A stretch of DNA of 64,000 bases from Amphiscolops sp. MND2022 (Eukaryota). A program made the translations under genes and the position numbers. Location: assembly GCA_964187785.1 (NCBI GenBank), contig OZ076409.1, positions 71,798,001-71,862,000 on the forward strand. Reading direction: 5' to 3'. The notes under the pieces were generated by a model that was given only the letters and a program-made list of their open reading frames with translations, had not been told where the DNA came from and made no database searches. Shown piece by piece: positions 43,140 through 56,542 of this stretch (its first letter is position 1; the number at the start of each line of letters is the position of its first letter).

Positions 43140-45146
43140 GTGGGCGGGGAAATTTCACCCCGTTTGTATTCGGCCGACGGGTAGGGTCCTGGCGGCCGAC
43201 GATCCGCCTTAAGCTAGCGGTATGTAGCAGAAATTGCAAAAAAAAGACCTAAAATTTAATCTAACCATTAGAATTTGCTCAAAATTTGCATGCGGCCCTC
43301 AAATCCTATTGCAAGACGAAGTTCCTGCTGACGCTAAGCGTTTTATAAACTTTATAAAAAGTTATGGCCAATTTTTTGTTCAAAATTTCAACATTTTTGG
43401 GAAATTTCTAATTTTTCACTTAATATCTCAAAATGTGTTAATTTTTGGACTTTGACTGTGAAACAAGCTTGGAACCTTCATTTCGTGGCTGTGGCATTGC
43501 ACTGAACACAAAAGATGTAAAGTTTTTACATTTTTCGAAAATTCGAGATTTTTGAAATTTTTTTCACTACTATCAGTACCCCATATGTCAAAAACACATC
43601 AGAAAAAAAATTTTTATTTGCTTTAAATTGGAAACCTTGGTATCCATGGTTACTGTCGGAACCTACTCGCAGCCAAACACCCAACAGTTTGCATCCAATG
43701 TGAAAATAAAAATTTTTTTTGGGTCATAAGCGTTTCACATGGATTTTACAACTTAGTTTTAATTTACAAGTTGGTCATTTTGAACACAATATTTTCATCG
43801 AGGCTTGTCGGCTATAGCCTTATTGTTCTAGAACGGTCCTACTGGCAACGTAGGAACCATTTATAGCAATAGAAAGTTTTAAAAAAATATTTTCACCTAG
43901 TCTTCAGTCATTTTTCAGTCATTCGGAACTTAACTTAGAAAAATTTCGACCAAAATACCCATTTTTTGTCAGGTCGAAAAATGAAATTAAGATTTTCAAG
44001 CAAAATTATTAACTCTGACGTAACCCATGGGGCCTATGATACTCAAAACAACGATTGACACTGGTATCAATGGCTCCAATAACATATGAGTCGCGATAAG
44101 ACGTTATTTTGAGCAATACGTCTCAATTGAGGTAAAGATCTCGCAAGCCAGCGATCACTGTGAAATGTGATTTCATCAAAAATTTACTCATTTTTGTCAA
44201 TCACTATGTGCACAGAGTGCGTAGGATGAGTTTCAGCACTATAATGAGGTTTTTGATGTAATCGGCCTGCTCAAGGGTGTGTATGAGACATTTTTTTCCC
44301 ATATAGTACTATATTTTCCAAAATTTTTAGCCCATTATCTCAAAAACCTAACTTCGCAAAATGCTTTCAAATACTTTATTCTAAGGTTAGAATATGAATG
44401 AACACTGTGGTTGATCAGAACCTCTCAATTTTTTTGTTTTCCGAAAAAATACCTTCGCATGGGTTACATTTATGGCAGAAGAGAAAGCAGAAGATAAAAA
44501 ATACGCTATTTTGCTAAGATAGAAACGCGATGATTGAGCCTAAATACCCTTTAAATACTTCTAACGCAACCTTAAGGACCCAATATGATTGGAAAGACCG
44601 TTCACAGTCCTCACATGTACTCTTTCTACAATCCAGACTGCACATTTTTTGAAAATTTTACATGTAGCTTTAAACTGAATCTTGTGATAGCCTTTTAAGT
44701 TGACCTTGTGTCAACTTGGGAAGGCTATCACCACCAAAAACTATAAACAAAACTACCATTTGTTAATCGGATTTTGCTGTCGATGCCTATTTTCGTGATT
44801 GTATACTACCGTTAGTATCTTCCATCATGTCAGCTGACGATAGCATGCAGAGTTTGAAAAAATACCTATGAACTCGAAGACATTTTTGTTTATTATTTGG
44901 TAAATAATTTTATTTCTAAATAGTAAATAACAACTTCTAACCTTTGAATACTATCACATTTGTTTTCTCTTCCGTTATCAGTCTTCCGTCACCCATGATC
45001 TGAGCCTATGTCATGAGCCTGTGATTTGTATAACAACGCCACATACCAACATCAACGCCCACCGTCTGTGGGCATGCCGAGGCATGCCCTTCGACGACGT
45101 ATGCCAAATAAGCCTTACCCGCACTCTGGAGTGCGGTAGCGGCTAG
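43140..45146 (+). mobile_element. Unit U16, 2007 bp, divergent 2 kb family member with unique end hairpin CCGCACTC-TG-GAGTGCGG
   Basis: Junction-bounded; A hairpin at 44684-44731. Confidence 0.6.
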
Positions 45147-47136
45147 GTGGGCGGGGGTAATTCCCCAACAAAAAAATCGGCCGGCGGGTCGGGTCCTGCC
45201 GGCCGTCCAAAATCAAAATCCTCCTAGTAGAAAACGGCATGTCAAACGAGCTATTTTTTTATTTAACCATACGAATTTCACCATTTTTTGCATGCCGCCC
45301 TGAAATGGCCATACGAGACGAAGTTCCTGCTGACGTTTTGCGATGTAAATGTTTTATAAAAAGTTATGGCCGATTTGTCATTCACCTAGAAGGGTAAAAT
45401 GAGGAAAATTTCAACAAAGTCGCTGATAACTCAAATTGTGTTAATTTTTGGACTTTGACTGTGAAACAAGCTTGGAACCTTCATTTCGTGGCTGGGGCAT
45501 TGGACTGAACACAAAAGATGTAAAGTTTTTACGTTTTTTGAAAATTCGACATTTTTGAAATTTTTTTCACTACTATCAGTACCCCATATGTCAAAAACAC
45601 CTAAGAAAAAAATTTTGATTTGCTTTAAATTGGAAACCTTGGTATCCATGGTTTCTGTCGGAACCTACTCGCAGCCAAACACCCAACAGTTTGCATCCAA
45701 TGTGAAAATAAAATTTTTTTCGGGGTCATAAGCGTTTCACAAGGATTTCTCAACTTAGTATTAATTTACAAAATGGTCATTTTGAACATAATATTTTCAT
45801 CGAGGCTTGTCGGCTATAGCCTTAATGTTCTAGAACGGTCCCACTGGCAACGTAGCAACCATTTATAGTAATATAAAAGGTTAAAAAAATTTTTTCACCC
45901 GGTCTTCAGTCATTTTTCAGACATTCGGAGCATAACTTAGAAAATTTTCGACCCAAATACCCATTTTTTGTCAGGTCGAAAATTAAAATTCAGCTATTGA
46001 AGCAAAATTATTTACTCTGACGTAACCAGTGGGGCCCATGATACTCAAAAACACCATTGGCACTGGTACCAATGGCTCCAATAACATATGAGTCGCGATA
46101 AGACGTTATTTTGAGCAATACGTCTCAATTGAGGTAAAGATCTCGCAAGCCAGCGATCACTGTGAAATGTGATTTCATCAAAAATTTACTCATTTTTGTC
46201 AATAACTATGTGCACAGAGTGCGTAGGGTGAGTTCCAGCACTATAATGAGGTTTTTGAAGGCATCGGGTTGCTCAAGGGGTGGTATGAGACATTTTTTTT
46301 CCTATATACTACTGTGTTTTCCAAAACTTGTAGCCCATTATCAGGAAAAAATAATTTGACAAAATACTTTCAACTACTTTATTCAAAGGTTACAAAATAG
46401 ATGAACACTGTGGTTGATCAGAAACTTTCATCTCTTTCGTTTTCCGAAATAATTCCCTTCGAATGTGTTACATTTGTAGCAGGAAAAAAAACTGAAACTA
46501 AAAAATACGCGATTTTGCTGAGATAGAATCACAATGGTTGCGCCTAAAATCTCTTTAAATACTTCTAACGCGACCTTACGGACCCAAAATGATTGAAAAT
46601 GCTATTCACAATGGTGACATGTGCTCTTTCAACAATCCTGGCTGGACAAGGTTTGCATATTTTTCAAGTACCTGTCAGCTGAATCTTGTGATAGCCTTTT
46701 CAGTTGGCCTTGTGTCAACTTGGGAAGGCTATCACATCAAAAAACTTTCAACAAAAATACTTTTTGTTTATTGGATATTGCTGTCGATACCTTTTTTTGT
46801 GATTCTATACTACCGTTAGTATATTCCATCAGGTCACCAGACGATTGTATTCAGTATTTGATAAAAACTTATGAACTCAAAGTCTTTTTCATATGTTTTT
46901 TGTTCAAAAAAATTATCAAAAAAATTTATATTATAAACAATTGAGTCTTTAATTTTTTTATTTCCCAATTTTCCAGTGTTATTAGGCTCATCAACTTCCT
47001 ACTGCAACATCCAGACATTAGTACAACGCCACAAAGTGTTGCGACGTCCACCGTCTGTGGGCATGCCGAGGCATGCCCTTCGACGACGTATGCCAAAAAT
47101 AGCGCCCTCCGCGGTCACTACCGCGGTAGCAGCTAG
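45147..47136 (+). mobile_element. Unit U17, 1990 bp, 2 kb family with an L1-type 5' module and beta-like end
   Basis: Starts ...cggccggcgggtcgggtcctgccggccgtccaaaatc like U4. Confidence 0.6.
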
Positions 47137-49121
47137 GTGGGCGGGGGTAATTCCCCAACAAAAATTACGGCCGGCGGGTTGGGTCCTGCCGGACGTCAAA
47201 TAGCAAAGAATATCTAGTAGGAAACGGCGACACAGAATCGCGATTTTTAAATCTAACCACAATTTTTTGGACTTGGAGTGCATGCGGCCCTGAAATGCCC
47301 ATACGAATCGAAGTTCCTGCTGACATTAAGCGATTGAAATAATATATAAAAAGTTATGGCCCATTTTTCACTCACAAAGAAGGGTAAAATGAGGAAATTT
47401 TTAACAAAGTCGCTGATAACTCAAAATGTGTTAATTTTTGGACATTGACTGTGAAACAAGCTCGGAACCTTCATTTCGTGGCTGTGGCATTGCATTGAAC
47501 ACAAAAGATGTAAAGTTTTTACATTTTTTGAAAATTCTAAATTTTTGAAATTTTTTTCACTACTATCAGTACCCCATATGTCAAAAACGCCTCAGAAAAA
47601 ATTTTTTATTTGCTTTAAATTGGAAACCTTGGTATCCATGGTTTCTGTCGGATCCTACTCGCAGTCAAACACCCAACAGTTTGCATCCAATGTGGAAATA
47701 AAAATTTTTTCGGGGTCATAAGCGTTTCACAAGGATTTCTCAACTTAGTTTCAATTTACAAATTGGTCACATTGAACACATTATTTTCATCGAAGCGCGA
47801 CAGATACCGCCCTAAAGCTCACGAACGGTCCTACTGGCAACGTAGCAACCATTTATAGTAATATAAAAGATTAAAAAAATTTTTTCACCCGGTCTCCAGT
47901 CATTTTTCAGTCATTCGGAACTTAACTTAGAAAAATTTCGACCAAAATACCCATTTTTTGTCAGGTCGAAAAATCAAATTCACATTTTTAAGCAAAATTA
48001 TTAACTCTGACGTAACTCATGGGGCCCATGATACTCAAAACAACGATTGACACTGGTATCAATGGCTCCAATAACATATGAGTCGCGATCGGACGTTATT
48101 TTGAGCAATACGTCTCAATTGAGGTAAAGATCTCGCAAGCCAGCGATCACTGTCAAATGTGATTTCATCAAAAATTTACTCATTTTTGTCAATCATTATG
48201 TGCACAGAATGCGTAGGGTGCGTTTCAGCACTATAATGAGATTTTTCAATGCATCGAGTTGCTCAAGGGGTGGTACGAGACATTTTTGTCCCATATACTA
48301 CTGTATTTTCCAAAATTTTTAGCCCAATATCTGGAAATACAAACTTGACAAAATACTTTCAACTACTTTATTCAAAGGTTACAATATAGATGAACACTGT
48401 GGTTGATCAGAAACTTTCATCTCTTTCGTTTTCCGAAATATTTTCCTTCGCATGTGTTATATTTGTATCAGAAAAAAAAACGAAACTGAAAAATACGCTA
48501 TTTTGCTAATATAGAATCGCAATGATTGTGCCTAAAAACTCTTTAAACACTTCTAACGCAACCTTACGCACCCAAAATGATCGAAAATGCTATTCACAAT
48601 GGTGACATGTGCTCTTTCAACGATCCTGGCTGGACAAGGTTTGCATATTTTTCAAGTACCTGTCAGCTGAATCTTGTGATAGCCTTTTAAGTTGGCCTTG
48701 TGTCAACTTGGGAAGGCTATCACATCAAACAACCATCAACAAAAATAATTTTTGTTTATTGGATATTACAGTTGATACCTTATTTCGTGATTCTATACTA
48801 CCGTTAGGATATTCCATGAGGTCACCTTACGATTGCATTCAGACTTTGATGAAAACCTATGAACTCAAAGTCACATTTATATATTTTTTGCCCAAAAAAA
48901 TCATCAAAAACATCTAATATATATAAAATAGAGTCTTTAACTTTTTTACGTTTCAAGTTTCTGCCGTTATTAAGCCAATCAACTTCCTACAGCCACGCTC
49001 TCTGTCATACTGTACAACGCCACATAGTGTTGCGACGTGCACAGTCTGTGGGCATGCCGAGGCATGCCCTTCGACGACGTATGCCGAATACCGCGGGCCT
49101 ACGCCCGCGCTCCCCGGCTAG
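47137..49121 (+). mobile_element. Unit U18, 1985 bp, 2 kb family, alpha end
   Basis: 5' ~1.5 kb closely matches U2. Confidence 0.6.
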
Positions 49122-51110
49122 GTGGGCGGGGGTAATTCCCCAACAAAAATTACGGCCGGCGGGTTGGGTCCTGCCGGACGTTCAAATAGCGCGAAGCATC
49201 TAGTAGAAAACAAGGAGTCCTGAAACAGCGATTTTAAAATTGAACCGTTAGAATTTGGTTTTAGATTGCATGCGGCCCTAAAATCCCCATACGAATGGAA
49301 GTTCCTGCTGGCGTTAAGCGATTGAAATAATATATAAAAAGTTATGGCCCATTTTTGGGTCACCGAGAAGGTCAAAATGAAGAAAATTTTAACTAAGTTG
49401 CTGATAACTCAAAATGTGTTAATTTTTGGACTTTGACTGTGAAACAAGCTTGGAACCTTCATTTCGTGGCTGTGGCATTGCACTGAACACAAAAGATGTA
49501 AAGTTTTCACATTTTTTGAAAATTCGACATTTTTGAATTTTTTTCACTACTATCAGTACACTATATGTCAAAAACACCTCTGAAAAAAATTTTTATTTGC
49601 TTAAAATTGGAAACCTTGGTATCCATGGTTTCTGTCGGAACCTACTCGCTGCCAAACACCCAACAGTTTGCATCCAATGTGAATTTAAAATTTTTTTCGA
49701 GGTCATAAGGGTTTCACAAGGTTTTCATAACTTAGTATTAAACTACAAACTGGTCATTTTCAACATAATATCTTTGTCGAGGCATGTCGGATATAGTCCT
49801 ATTGCTCACGAACGGTCCTAGTGGCAACGTAATAACCATTTATAGAAATGTAAAGTTATAAAAAAAAATTTTCACCCGGTCTTCAGTCATTTTTCAGTCA
49901 TTCGGAACTTAACTTAGAAAAATTTCGACCAAAATATCCATTTTTTGTCAGGTCGAAAAATCAAATTCAGATTTTTAAGCAAAATTATTAACTCTGACGT
50001 AACCCATGGGGCCCATGATACTCAAAACAACGATTGACACTGGTATCATTGGCTCCAATAACATATGAGTTGCGATAAGACGTTATTTTGAGCATTACGT
50101 CTCAATTGAGGTAAAGATCTCGCAAGCCAGCGATCACTGTGAAATGTGATTTCATCAAAAATTTACTCTTTTTTGTCAATCACTATGTGCACAGAATGCG
50201 TAGGGTGCGATTCAGCACTATAATGAGGTTTTTGAAGGCATCGAGTTGCTCAAGGGGTGGTATGAGACATTTTTGTCCCATATACTACTGTATTTTCCAA
50301 AATTTTTAGCCCAATATCTGGAAATACAAACTTGACAAAATACTTTCAACTACTTTATTCAAAGGTTACAATATAGATGAACACTGTGGTTGATCAGAAA
50401 CTTTCATCTCTTTCGTTTTCCGATATATTTCCCTTCGCATGTGTTACATTCGTAGCAGAAAAAAAAATCGAAACTGAAAAATACGCAATTTTGCTAATAT
50501 AGAATCGCAATGATTGTGCCTAAAAACTCTTTAAACACTTCTAACGCAACCTTACGTACCCAAAATGATCGAAAATGCTATTCACAATGGTGACATCTGC
50601 TCTTTCTACGATCCTGGCTGGACAAGGTTTGCATATTTTTCAAGTACCTGTCAGCTAAATCTTGTGATAGCCTTTTCAGTTGGCCTTGTGTCAACTTGGG
50701 AAGGCTATCACATCAAAAAACCATCAACAAAAATAATTTTTGTTTATTGGATCTTACAGTCGATACTTTTTTTCGTGATTCTATACTACCGTTAGTATAT
50801 TTCATCAGGTCACCTTACGATTGCATTCAGTCTTTGATAAAAACCTATGAACTCAAAGTCACATTTATATATTTTTTTGCCAAAAAAAACATCAAAAATA
50901 TCTAAAATATATAAAATAGAGTCTTTAACATTTTTACGTTTCAAGTTTTTGCCGTTATTAGGCCAATCAACGTCCTAGAGCCACATCCTGCCACATACTG
51001 TACAACGCCACATAGTGTTGCGACGTGCACAGTCTGTGGGCATGCCGAGGCATGCCCTTTCGACGACGTATGCCGAATACCGCGGGCCTACGCCCGCGCT
51101 CCCCGGCTAG
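49122..51110 (+). mobile_element. Unit U19, 1989 bp, 2 kb family, alpha end
   Basis: 5' module like U12, middle like U13/U15; one extra T after the palindrome (~51060). Confidence 0.6.
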
Positions 51111-54100
51111 GTGGGCGGGGGTAATTCCCCAACTAAAAAATCGGCCGGCGGGTAGGGTCCTGCCGGCCGTCCAAAATCAAAAATATACTAGTAGAAAACG
51201 GCCGGTCAAACGAGCTATTTTTTTATTTAACCGTTAGAATTTGGGTTTAGATTGCATGCGGCCATGAAATGGCCATACGAATCGAAGTTCCTGCTGACGT
51301 TTTGCGATTGAAACACTTTATAAAAAGTTATGGCCAATTTGTCAGTCACCTAGAAGGGCAAAATGAGGAAAATTTTAACAAAGTCGCTGATAACTCAAAA
51401 TGTGTTATTTTTTGGACTTTGACTGTGAAACAAGCTTGGAACCTTCATTTCGTGGCTGTGGCATTGCACTGAACGCAAAAGATGTAAAGTTTTTACATTT
51501 TTTGAAAATTTGACATTTTTGAAATTTTTTTCACTACTATCAGTACCATATATGTCAAAAACACCTCAGAAAAAAATTTTTATTTGCTTTAACTTGGAAA
51601 CCTTGGTATCCATGGTTTCTGTCGGAACCTACTCGCAACCAAACAACCAACAGTTTGCATCCAATGTGAAAATAAAAAATTTTTCTGGGTCATAAGCGTT
51701 TCACAAGGATTTCTCAACTTAGTATTAATTTACAAAATGGTCATTTTGAACACAATATTTTCATCGAGGCTTGTCGGCTATAGCCTTAATGTTCTAGAAC
51801 GGTCCCACTGGCAACGTAGGAACCATTTATAGTAATAGAAAGTTTAAAAAATATATTTTCACCCTGTCTTCAGTCATTTTTCAGTCATTCGGAACTTAAC
51901 TTAGAAAAATTTCGACCAAAATACCCAATTTTTGACAGATCGAAAATTCAAATTCAACTTTTTAAGCAAAATTATTAACTCTGACGTAACCAGTGGGGCT
52001 CATGATACTCAAAAACACGATTGGGACTGGTACCAATGGCTCCAATATCATATGAGCCGCGATAAGACGTTATTTTGAGCAATACGTCTCAATTGAGGGA
52101 AACATCTCGCAAGCCTGGGATCACAGTTAAAAGTGATTTCGTCAAAAATTTACTCTTTTTCGTCAATCACTATGTACACAGAGTGCTTAGGGTGAGTTTC
52201 AGCACTATTATGCGGTTTTTGAAGGAATCGGTCTGCTCAAGGGGTGGTATGAGACATTTTTTTTGCATGTAGTACTATATTTCTCAAAACTTTTAGCCCA
52301 TTATCTCGAAAAGCTCACTTCGCAAATTACTTTCAGTTACTCTATTCGAAGCTTAGAATATATATGAACACTGTGGTTGATCAGAAACTCTTGACTATTT
52401 TGTTTTTGGAAAAAAACTGCCTTGCATGTGTTACATTAGTGGCAGGAAAAATACCAGTAGCTCCAAAAATCACAATTTTGGACGGACAGACCTGCAATGA
52501 TGCAAAGCAAAAACGTTTCAACAACTTCTGGCGCCACTTTTTTACCCAAGAGGTTCGAAATTACTATTAACAATGCTGACATTCGCTATAAATAAGATCG
52601 AGGTCAATTTACTAACACTTAGGTTATACATTTATATCTGAGAAACCATTCTTTGTCAGGTCGCAATTTTAAATTTAGTTTGGGAAGCAATACTTTTCAC
52701 TCTGAAGCAAACCGTTGGGCCCAAATTACTCAAAAACTACAAAAAGACTGTCACCATATGCCCTAATAGCATATGAGATTCGACCGTATGTTTTTAACAC
52801 AAAAACTCTCATCCGAAGTAAACATGTTGAAGGCCTTGAATCACCGTGAGAAATGATTTCATCAAAAAATATTCCTTTTTCGTCAATCTTTATTTACACA
52901 GAACACGTTGTGTCATTTTCAGCCGTGAAATGAGCTTCTACCGTAATATGGGTTGCTCAAGGTGTTGTATAAGACAAAAACTTCCTCTTTTCTACTATCT
53001 TCTTCAAATATTTCAACCCTTTGTCACAAGAAGTTAATATTCAAAATCTCTTTGAAATGTTTCTTTAGGTTGGGGTGAAGTGTTAGAACAATAATTATGA
53101 TCGAAGAATGATAGTATTGGTGTTTGGACCATGTCCGGATGAACAAATTGCAAAATCATGAAAAATTTCTTACCATTTTTGGTCATTTTGTCAGTACTAA
53201 AAATGTTAGCTGAAAAAGAATTTTTTTGATGGCACCATTGGATTCCTCTCAAAAAGTTAGCTATATGAACTGTGTAATAACCCCGTATCTTTTCAATTTA
53301 AATAATTTTAAAAAGCAAACTTTTTTGACTAAAATCCTAAAAATCATACCATTTCCTAAAAAATTTCAAATGCCCCCCATTTGACGTATAAGAATAGCAC
53401 AGAAAACTATCACATACCGATCGACTCTACTTCCATTGTAGATTACCAGAATTTTGTTTAGAACAATTTTTGACGGATGCAAAAAAAAATTTAAACCCTC
53501 CAAAAAAGGGCCAAAATTACACGAAAAAATTGACCTTAAAATTTTAAAATGTCGAAAAATCATCAAAACCACAGCTTCTTGGGGTTCTATCAACTCCACG
53601 TGGTCCACAGAGTATGTTAAAACAAGTTTTACCCGTATTTGTGCAATATGTGAAAAAGCCGACTTTTTTGGGAATGAGAAACATACCATTTCCTAAAAAA
53701 TTTCAAACGCACCCCATTTGACGTATAAGAATAGCACAGAAAACTATCACATACCGATCGACTCTACTTCCATTGTAGGTTACCAGAATCTTGTTTAGAA
53801 CAATTGTTGACGGATGCAAAAAAAAATTAAACCCTCCAAAAATGGGCCAAAATTACACGAAAAAATTGACCTTAAATTTTTAAAATGTCAAAAAATCATC
53901 AAAACCACAGCTTCTTGGGGTTCTATCAACTCCACGTGGTCCACAGAGTTTGCTAAAACAGGTTTTACCTGTTTCTGAGCTATATGTGAAAAAACCGACA
54001 TTTTGGGGAAGAAAAACATACCATTTCCTAAAAAATTTCAAATGCACGCCATTTGCCGTATGAGAATAGCACAGAAAACTATCACATACCGATCAACTCT

Positions 54101-56542
54101 ACTTCTATTGTAGATTATCAGATTTTTGTTTAGAACAAATTTTTATGGATATAAAAAATTTTTAAACCCTCCAAAAATGAGCCAAAATAACACGAAAAAA
54201 TGGACCCTAAATTTTTAAAATGTCAAAAAATTATCCAAACCACAGCTTCTTGGGGTTCTATCAGCTCCACGTGGTCCACAGAGTATGCTAAAACAGGTTT
54301 TGCCCGTTTTTGAGCAGTATATGAAAAAGCCGACATTTTTGGGGAAGAAAAACATACCATTTCCTAAAAAAATTCAAATGCACGTCATTTGCCGTATTAG
54401 AATAGCACAGAAAACTATCACATACCAATCAACTCTACTTTCATTGCAGATGAACAGAATTTTGTTTAGAATAAATTTTACCGGATAATAAAAAAATTTG
54501 AATCCTTCAAAAATGGGCCAAAAATACACGAAAAAATGGACCTTAAAAAATTTAAAATGTCAAAAAATCATCAAAACAACAGCTTCTTGGGGTTCTATCA
54601 ACTCCCCGAGGTCCACAGAGTATGCTAAAACAGGTTTTACCCGTTTTTGAGCAATATGTGAAAAAGCCGACATTTTTGGGAAAGAAAAACATACCATTTC
54701 CTAAAAAAATTCAAATGCACGCCATTTGCCGTATGAAAATAGCACAGAAAACTATCACATACCAATCAACTCTACTTTCATTGCAGATGAACAGAATTTT
54801 GTTTAGAATAAACTTTACCGGATAATAAAAAAATTTGATTCCTTCTAAAATGGGCCAAAATTACACGAAAAAATGGACCTTAAAATTTTAAAATGTCAAA
54901 AAATCATCAAAACCACGGCTTCTTGGGGTTCTATCAACTCCACGTGGTCCACAGAGTATGCTTAACCCGGTTTTACCCATCTTTGAGCAAAATGTGAAAA
55001 TACCGACATTTTTGGAAAAGAAAAACATGCCATTTTCTAATAAATTTCAAATGCACGCCATTTGCTGTATGAGAATTACACAGAAAGCTGTCACATACCG
55101 ATCAACTCTACTTCCATTGTAGATTATCAGAAGTTTGTTTAGAATAAATTTTGAAGGATAATAAAAAAATTTGAATCCATCAAAAATGGGCCAAAATTAC
55201 ACGAAAAAATTGACCTTAAAATATCAAAATGTCAAAAAATCATCAAAACCACAATTTCTTGGCGTTCTATCAACTCCATATGATACCAAACCAGGTACTG
55301 CCAATCGTTTGAGTTATAATAAAAAAACGTCTTTTTTGGCAAGAATTCCATACCATAAATAATAATCATGTTCCATATAAGAAGCGAATCATTTCAGATA
55401 TATACCCTGTTCATTTTTTTAATATTACCGATTATTAATTTAAAAGATGTTTTGAATGTGAGCTTCCTAAAAGGTTCAGGTGTGATGATACGTAAATAGA
55501 ACCTTAGTTTCATCGAAATCTCAATTGAATATGTCCAATCTTAACCATCAGATAACAAGAAACACTTAAGTACATTCCATCTCCCCATCGGGGGAGATGA
55601 GAATGTACTTTCGAGAAGCCAAATACGTCCAACATTCAAACTTTTGTAACTTTGTATGTAACTCCTGAAACGAAGAAGGAATAAAATTGTTTCTGGTACA
55701 TACATGAGTCTTTACTTCAGCTTCTATTTCTGCTGAACAAAACCATTCGACTCTTTTGCCGGAGTTAAGATCGATTGTATTACCCAGTGAACAAAGGCAT
55801 GACTGAAAACGTTTACTACTTTGTTCATAATTTTCCGGCCTTCCGAAATGATGAAACGTCCACATAACTAAGATAGCAAGTGAATGACTGTGAAATGCAC
55901 CTTATTAGATGAGGTAAATAACGTGTAAAACTCTCCTTTATCCTAACATGAGGTTGAGTAATGATCATTTGAGAATAGTTTGATATGTGAATACAATAGT
56001 ATAAAACAAGTACATTTTATATGAATAACGCCGTGGAAAGCGTTCAGAAAGGACATTAGGCTTGTTTGGAACATGTATGTGTGGTGTCCCTTGGTGGCGT
56101 TCGCTTAGTGTATATGTCGAGGGGTATTCGAGTTGTTATGATAGAATTTACACACAAGTCTTTTGTTTTTTGGTTTTTTTAAAATGTCGTTAAGTACCTG
56201 CATTCTATCCCCTTCTCAGAGATGACGTGAAGTTACGTTTGCTAAATAAATGTCATCGAAAGATCACACTCCCGACGAAATTAACTATCTTAACACGTGT
56301 TTAGAATTTTAAATAAACAACCGTATAAGATTTTTATATTTCATTGAGTTTGATGAAGTCTTTTGTTCTTCTCACTACTATTTCAACCAATACACATATC
56401 CGTTACCATATCACATGTCTCCATTAGTACAACGCCACATAGCGTTCCGACGCCCACAGTCTGTGGGCATGCCGAGGCATGCCCTTCGACGACGTATGGC
56501 AAATGGAGCCATGCCCGCCGTCTTTACGGCGGTAGCGGCTAG
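51111..56542 (+). mobile_element. Unit U20, 5432 bp, chimeric long unit (L2-like 5' half, L1 3' half, two extra 336 bp repeats)
   Basis: 5432-4760 = 672 = 2 x 336; sequence from ~54350 onward matches L1. Confidence 0.6.
53343..55280 (+). repeat. ~336 bp internal tandem repeat, ~5.8 copies (U20)
   Basis: Anchor cat(a/g)ccatt at ~53345, 53682, 54017, 54353, 54690 and 55026. Confidence 0.9.
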
